From assembly GCA_965246715.1 (NCBI GenBank), contig CBDFFH010000030.1:1-41560 (forward strand): DNA of 41,560 nt, given 5' to 3'. Origin of the DNA: Chamaesiphon sp. (GTDB lineage: Bacteria > Cyanobacteriota > Cyanobacteriia > Cyanobacteriales > Chamaesiphonaceae). The notes beneath the pieces are model-generated. The model was not told where the DNA came from and made no database searches. It saw only the letters and a program-made list of their open reading frames with translations. Below, piece by piece: positions 37,548-41,560 of this stretch (position 1 is its first letter; each line of letters begins with the position of its first letter). A program made the position numbers and the translations under genes.

Positions 37548-39014
37548 ATGGATATACTGCACAACACAGTTGCCCTCTCACGAATGCAGTTCGCAACTAC
37601 CGCGATTTTTCATATGCTGTGGCCGGTACTGACTACTGGCATGGGAATCTATCTAGTCATTGTCGAAGGTGTCTGGCTCAAAACGCGCCAAGCTGATTAT
37701 TACCATCACGCACGGTTTTGGGCAAAATTATATGTTTTAAACTTTGGGATTGGTGTGGCGACTGGAATTCCGATGGAATTTCAGTTTGGGACGAATTGGG
37801 CACCATTTGCCGAAGCTACGGGCGATTTTTTTGGGAGTATCCTCGGATTTGAGGCTTCGATGGCATTTATGCTCGAAGCGGGATTTCTGGGGATTATGTT
37901 ATTTGGCTGGGGCAGGGTCAATCCTTACATTCACTACCTCGCGACGATCATGGTAGCGTTTGGGGCAAATCTTTCCACAGTCTGGATTTTAGTTGCTAAT
38001 TCTTGGTTGCAGAGTCCGGCTGGTGGCGATTTTATCAACGGTAAATTTGTGGTGACGGATTATTTTCAGGCGATTCTCAATCCGGTTGCGGCTAAAAGTA
38101 TCGCCCATATGTTCTTCGCTACCACAGAAACATCGCTATTTGTCATTGGTGGGATTAGTGCTTGGTATATGTTGCGAGACAGACAGCCAGCATTCTTTAC
38201 CAAGTCATTTAAAATTGTTGTCGCTACCGCGCTAGTCGTTGCCCCACTCCAAGTCTATATCGGACATCTGAGTGCCGAGCAAGTCTATCATTATCAACCG
38301 ACCAAATTAGCCGCAATGGAAGCTAAATGGGAGACTTCTCCTGGCGGTCAACCTGCGGATTGGAGTCTGTTAGCTTGGCCTAATTCTAAGTCTCAGAAGA
38401 ATGACTGGGAGATTAAGATCCCGCAAGGTTTGGGTTACATTCTGGAATTTAAACAGAATCTCACCGAGCCAGTCAAAGGGCTAAAAGAGTATGCCTATGA
38501 AGACCAGCCGCATCTGGTAGGCTTGGTTTACTACTGTTTTCGCATTATGAGCGGCATCGGACTGTTCCTGGTCGCTTTAATGGGACTCACGATCGTCCAA
38601 TGGCTGCGGGGCAAACTTGCTGCCGAACAGATTACCGCCCAAAAATGGCTGCTGCGCGCTTGGCTATGGACTGCCCCATTGGGTTATGTCGCGGTAGAAA
38701 CAGGTTGGATCGTGCGGTGTGTCGGCCGACAGCCGTGGGTGGTCTATGGGGAGATTCGTACTGCTGATGGTGTCTCCAATCTTCCTGCAAGTAATGTGTT
38801 AACTTCGCTGATTACGTTCACGCTAGTTTATTCGATCTTGTTAGTTGCAACACTGGTTTTTGGCAGTCGGATTATTCGGAAAGGCCCAAATCTCGACCTT
38901 CCAGTCCCAGCGTGGGGTGATTCGGATGTGAATGGTACGCCCACAGAGAAAGGTGTCAAGTTAGCTCCGGCTGAATTTGTCCCCGATAGTCGTCCGGTCG
39001 AAGCAGAATCCTAG
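37548..39014 (+). CDS. cydA: Cytochrome bd-type quinol oxidase subunit I
   Basis: SRMQFA..FH, EFQFGTNW, QP.KLAAME, FRIM, GRQPW motifs. Confidence 0.96.
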   Translation: MDILHNTVALSRMQFATTAIFHMLWPVLTTGMGIYLVIVEGVWLKTRQADYYHHARFWAKLYVLNFGIGVATGIPMEFQFGTNWAPFAEATGDFFGSILGFEASMAFMLEAGFLGIMLFGWGRVNPYIHYLATIMVAFGANLSTVWILVANSWLQSPAGGDFINGKFVVTDYFQAILNPVAAKSIAHMFFATTETSLFVIGGISAWYMLRDRQPAFFTKSFKIVVATALVVAPLQVYIGHLSAEQVYHYQPTKLAAMEAKWETSPGGQPADWSLLAWPNSKSQKNDWEIKIPQGLGYILEFKQNLTEPVKGLKEYAYEDQPHLVGLVYYCFRIMSGIGLFLVALMGLTIVQWLRGKLAAEQITAQKWLLRAWLWTAPLGYVAVETGWIVRCVGRQPWVVYGEIRTADGVSNLPASNVLTSLITFTLVYSILLVATLVFGSRIIRKGPNLDLPVPAWGDSDVNGTPTEKGVKLAPAEFVPDSRPVEAES

Positions 39015-39146
39015 CTCGTTATATTGATTGCAGGGGTGCCGCTTGTGGATAATGTTCACACTCAGCACTCCCGACAATCCCAAACAGCACCCAAACCATT
39101 GGTGTCGATCGCATTCATAACTCGTCATTTATAATTCATAATTCCC

Positions 39147-40160
39147 ATGAATGCCTTAGATCATTTTATGCCCCAAGTATGGTTTGCCATCATTGGTTTA
39201 TTTCTGTTTCTATATGTGATGCTAGATGGCTTCGATTTGGGTGTCGGGATTCTCTCCCTGACTAGCTCTACCGAAGAAAGTCGCGGGATCCTCATGACCA
39301 GTCTCGGGAATATCTGGGATGCAAACGAAACATGGCTGGTAGTTACTGCTGGTGCCTTATTTGGGGCATTTCCTCTCGCTTATGGTACGCTCCTCCAAGC
39401 CTTGTACATCCCGATTATGGTGATGCTATTTGGCTTTGTGTTTCGGGCAGTAGCATTTGAATTTCGCGAACATTCCGATCGCAAGATCTTCTGGAATACC
39501 GCTTTTGGTGCGGGTAGTTTCGTAGCCGCTCTCGGTCAAGGCTTTTCGGCTGGAGCAATTTTAGCTGGGATTAAGGTCGATGCGTCGGGTCATTTTATCG
39601 GTTCTACTTGGGATTGGTTGAATTGGCAGTCTTTATTCGTCGCACTAACATTGATCCAAGGCTATGTCTTGATCGGGTCTACTTATCTAATCCTCAAAAC
39701 TGAAGGGGAACTTCAGGTCGTTCACTATCGCACGGCGAAAATTGCGGCTTGGACGACATTGGCAGGTACGATCGGCATTGCCATTATCACACCGATTTTC
39801 TTTGAAAGTTTACGCGACAAGCTGTTTCACCCGCCATTGTTGTATGTCTTTGCGCTGATTCCGATTATCGGGATCGCCCTGATCTGGGCGTTGCTTCAGA
39901 GTCTTACCAAACAGCAAGAACGCGCGCCATTTGTGTGGACGATTTTGCTATTTGCATTGACCTTTCTGGGCTTGGGGTTAATCATCTTTCCCTATGCCAT
40001 CCCTACTCAAATCACGATTTATCAAGCCGCAGCTTCGCCGAGTGCGTTGGTATTTATGATTGTGTTCATCGGGGTATTGATCCCGATTATGTTGTTCTAC
40101 AACATCTTCCAGTACATTGTGTTTCGAGGGAAGGTAGGGATTAACAGTCATGAGAACTAA
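39147..40160 (+). CDS. cydB: Cytochrome bd-type quinol oxidase subunit II
   Basis: LDGFDLGVG, WDANETW, FRAVAFEFR motifs. Confidence 0.96.
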   Translation: MNALDHFMPQVWFAIIGLFLFLYVMLDGFDLGVGILSLTSSTEESRGILMTSLGNIWDANETWLVVTAGALFGAFPLAYGTLLQALYIPIMVMLFGFVFRAVAFEFREHSDRKIFWNTAFGAGSFVAALGQGFSAGAILAGIKVDASGHFIGSTWDWLNWQSLFVALTLIQGYVLIGSTYLILKTEGELQVVHYRTAKIAAWTTLAGTIGIAIITPIFFESLRDKLFHPPLLYVFALIPIIGIALIWALLQSLTKQQERAPFVWTILLFALTFLGLGLIIFPYAIPTQITIYQAAASPSALVFMIVFIGVLIPIMLFYNIFQYIVFRGKVGINSHEN

Positions 40161-40280
40161 ATCTGCGATCCCAGCAAGCTCACCATCGATCCCTTGCCCC
40201 TTTGCCCTCATCCCACCACCAGGCATGATAAAATAGATGTCAACTATAATATCTGTGTTGGAAACAAGGATTAACAAAAT

Positions 40281-40418
40281 ATGGACGCAGCACTCCTAAT
40301 TGCAAAATTGCCAGAAGCTTACGCTATCTTCGATCCGTTAGTGGATGTTCTGCCGATTATCCCAGTATTATTCCTAGCTTTAGCCTTTGTTTGGCAAGCT
40401 GCTGTCGGTTTCCGCTAA
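40281..40418 (+). CDS. psbK: Photosystem II reaction center protein K (absent from ORF track)
   Basis: Manual translation gives [53 protein letters not shown]. Confidence 0.98.
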   Translation: MDAALLIAKLPEAYAIFDPLVDVLPIIPVLFLALAFVWQAAVGFR

Positions 40419-40462
40419 GTTTTGCTAGATTTATCAACTTGGCGTGCATTATTAACGCGATC

Positions 40463-40495
40463 GGACATCCTCACATCGGAGGATGCCTTTTTTTT
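40463..40495 (+). terminator. Rho-independent terminator after psbK
   Basis: CATCCTC-acatcg-GAGGATG stem followed by a T8 tract. Confidence 0.8.
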
Positions 40496-40557
40496 GTACC
40501 CCGAGTAACCGCAAAACGGTCGGCTCTAAAAATTCGATTTGGAGCGATCGAGTGGAG

Positions 40558-41560
40558 CTAAACTCGATCGTGATGACGTGCGACCCACTCGCGATCGAAG
40601 AGCGATGCGTAAATCCGGTTATTAACCTGGAGAACACCTTGCCGAGCGACGACTAGTCCCGATAGCAGCAATTCTCGTTCGGCCACACTATTATTAGCAA
40701 TAACTTCTGGATCGTCTAAAATTTGGCGGTAAAGTTCCAGCAGTTGGATGGATTGGTTACTGCCAAGTAAGCGATCGCGGATAGTTCGCAGATGCTCTGG
40801 CTCATCCTGTAATTCCCAATTTTGGACGATCTTTGTGCGAACGATGTTGTCGATCCAGGCAGCTTCATCGCCGTTGCGTAGCGAAGACGAAGCATTCCAA
40901 ACTAGTTGACAGACTTTTTGGGTCAAAAAAGGTTGGCCGTGCGTCCAGGCTAACACTTCTTTGAGCACTGTCTGCGGGTTGTCAATGTTCGCGGCTAGTC
41001 CTTGCAACAAAGGTTGCGCTTCGTGTTCTTTAAAGCCCTCCAAATAAATGGCTCGACCGATATTAAAAGGTGTTGTGAGAATGTTGGTAATTAGATCTGT
41101 GGGAGTGGCGACACCAAACAATGCAAAAGTCAACCGTCGATACGCGGGATTGAGGGTGCGTTGGTTGTAGCAAGAACGAATCAGTGCAAAAAAGTCATTC
41201 ACTGGGAAATCTAAACCTAAAATACTGTCAATCTCATCGATAAAAATGACCAGTTGGGGTGCCGGATTGCCATCAGCGCCACCGACTTCGACGAGTAAGA
41301 CTGAATCGATGAATTCACTCAATTGTTGTACGGGTGACAGATATTCGTGTTGTTGCCACCAAGCTTTGAGATCGATTTTCTGGTGCAAGTCAAACCGGCG
41401 AACTAACTCGAAAGTAAATCCTTTGTACCATCGCTCTGGGGTAACCTGCTCGCAGCCAATGCGGGTCATATCGATCGGCGCACAGTAGACTCCTTCGTGC
41501 TGGAGGTGATGCACTATCCGTACCATCAGGCTGGATTTTCCCATCTGGCGAGGATTGAGG
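40558..41560 (-). CDS. AAA-like (AAA_35, STAND-related) ATPase domain protein, 5'-truncated
   Basis: Walker A (N)PRQMGKSS at window edge, Walker B IFIDEIDS, TPFNIG, WT.GQPFLTQK.C, DEPEHLRTIRDRL, NRIY motifs. Confidence 0.9.
   Translation of the reverse strand, partial: LNPRQMGKSSLMVRIVHHLQHEGVYCAPIDMTRIGCEQVTPERWYKGFTFELVRRFDLHQKIDLKAWWQQHEYLSPVQQLSEFIDSVLLVEVGGADGNPAPQLVIFIDEIDSILGLDFPVNDFFALIRSCYNQRTLNPAYRRLTFALFGVATPTDLITNILTTPFNIGRAIYLEGFKEHEAQPLLQGLAANIDNPQTVLKEVLAWTHGQPFLTQKVCQLVWNASSSLRNGDEAAWIDNIVRTKIVQNWELQDEPEHLRTIRDRLLGSNQSIQLLELYRQILDDPEVIANNSVAERELLLSGLVVARQGVLQVNNRIYASLFDREWVARHHDRV

Noticed and set aside
257..41488. Numerous short antisense or alternate-frame ORFs inside genes
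   Set aside because: Shadow ORFs of confidently assigned genes with no independent motifs.

Overview
Chromosomal window from a cyanobacterium: psbK, rpaB, zds/crtQ, ccb-type gene and NtcA boxes are present, and CGATCG/GCGATCGC (HIP1) is very dense, often as TCGATCGA. A Chamaesiphon-like host is my impression, not proven. Most genes are housekeeping: nagA, purE, amt1, ispH, dipeptide epimerase, birA, M23 peptidase, Ser/Thr kinase, ppa, panD, rpaB, radA, aroH, sppA, zds, cydAB, psbK. Accessory or unusual parts: (i) 1-3625, two overlapping AlkB-like 2OG-Fe(II) dioxygenases, a close blasticidin-S-deaminase (Bsr)-like gene and a convergent DUF4419 protein; (ii) 3729-6150, a perfect-consensus sigma70 promoter driving two paralogous all-coiled-coil proteins (candidate heteropolymer); (iii) 21.5-24.5 kb, a Fur-box-preceded iron operon ([2Fe-2S] protein, heme-less bacterioferritin-like protein, SLH-less porin with a poly-Lys segment); (iv) three related MITEs carrying different REP-like cargo at 29.45-30.15 kb, and more REP/MITE-like elements at 34.3-35.3 kb. 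I saw no tRNA, rRNA, CRISPR array or transposase. Family assignments come from motif recognition and memory, not from database searches.
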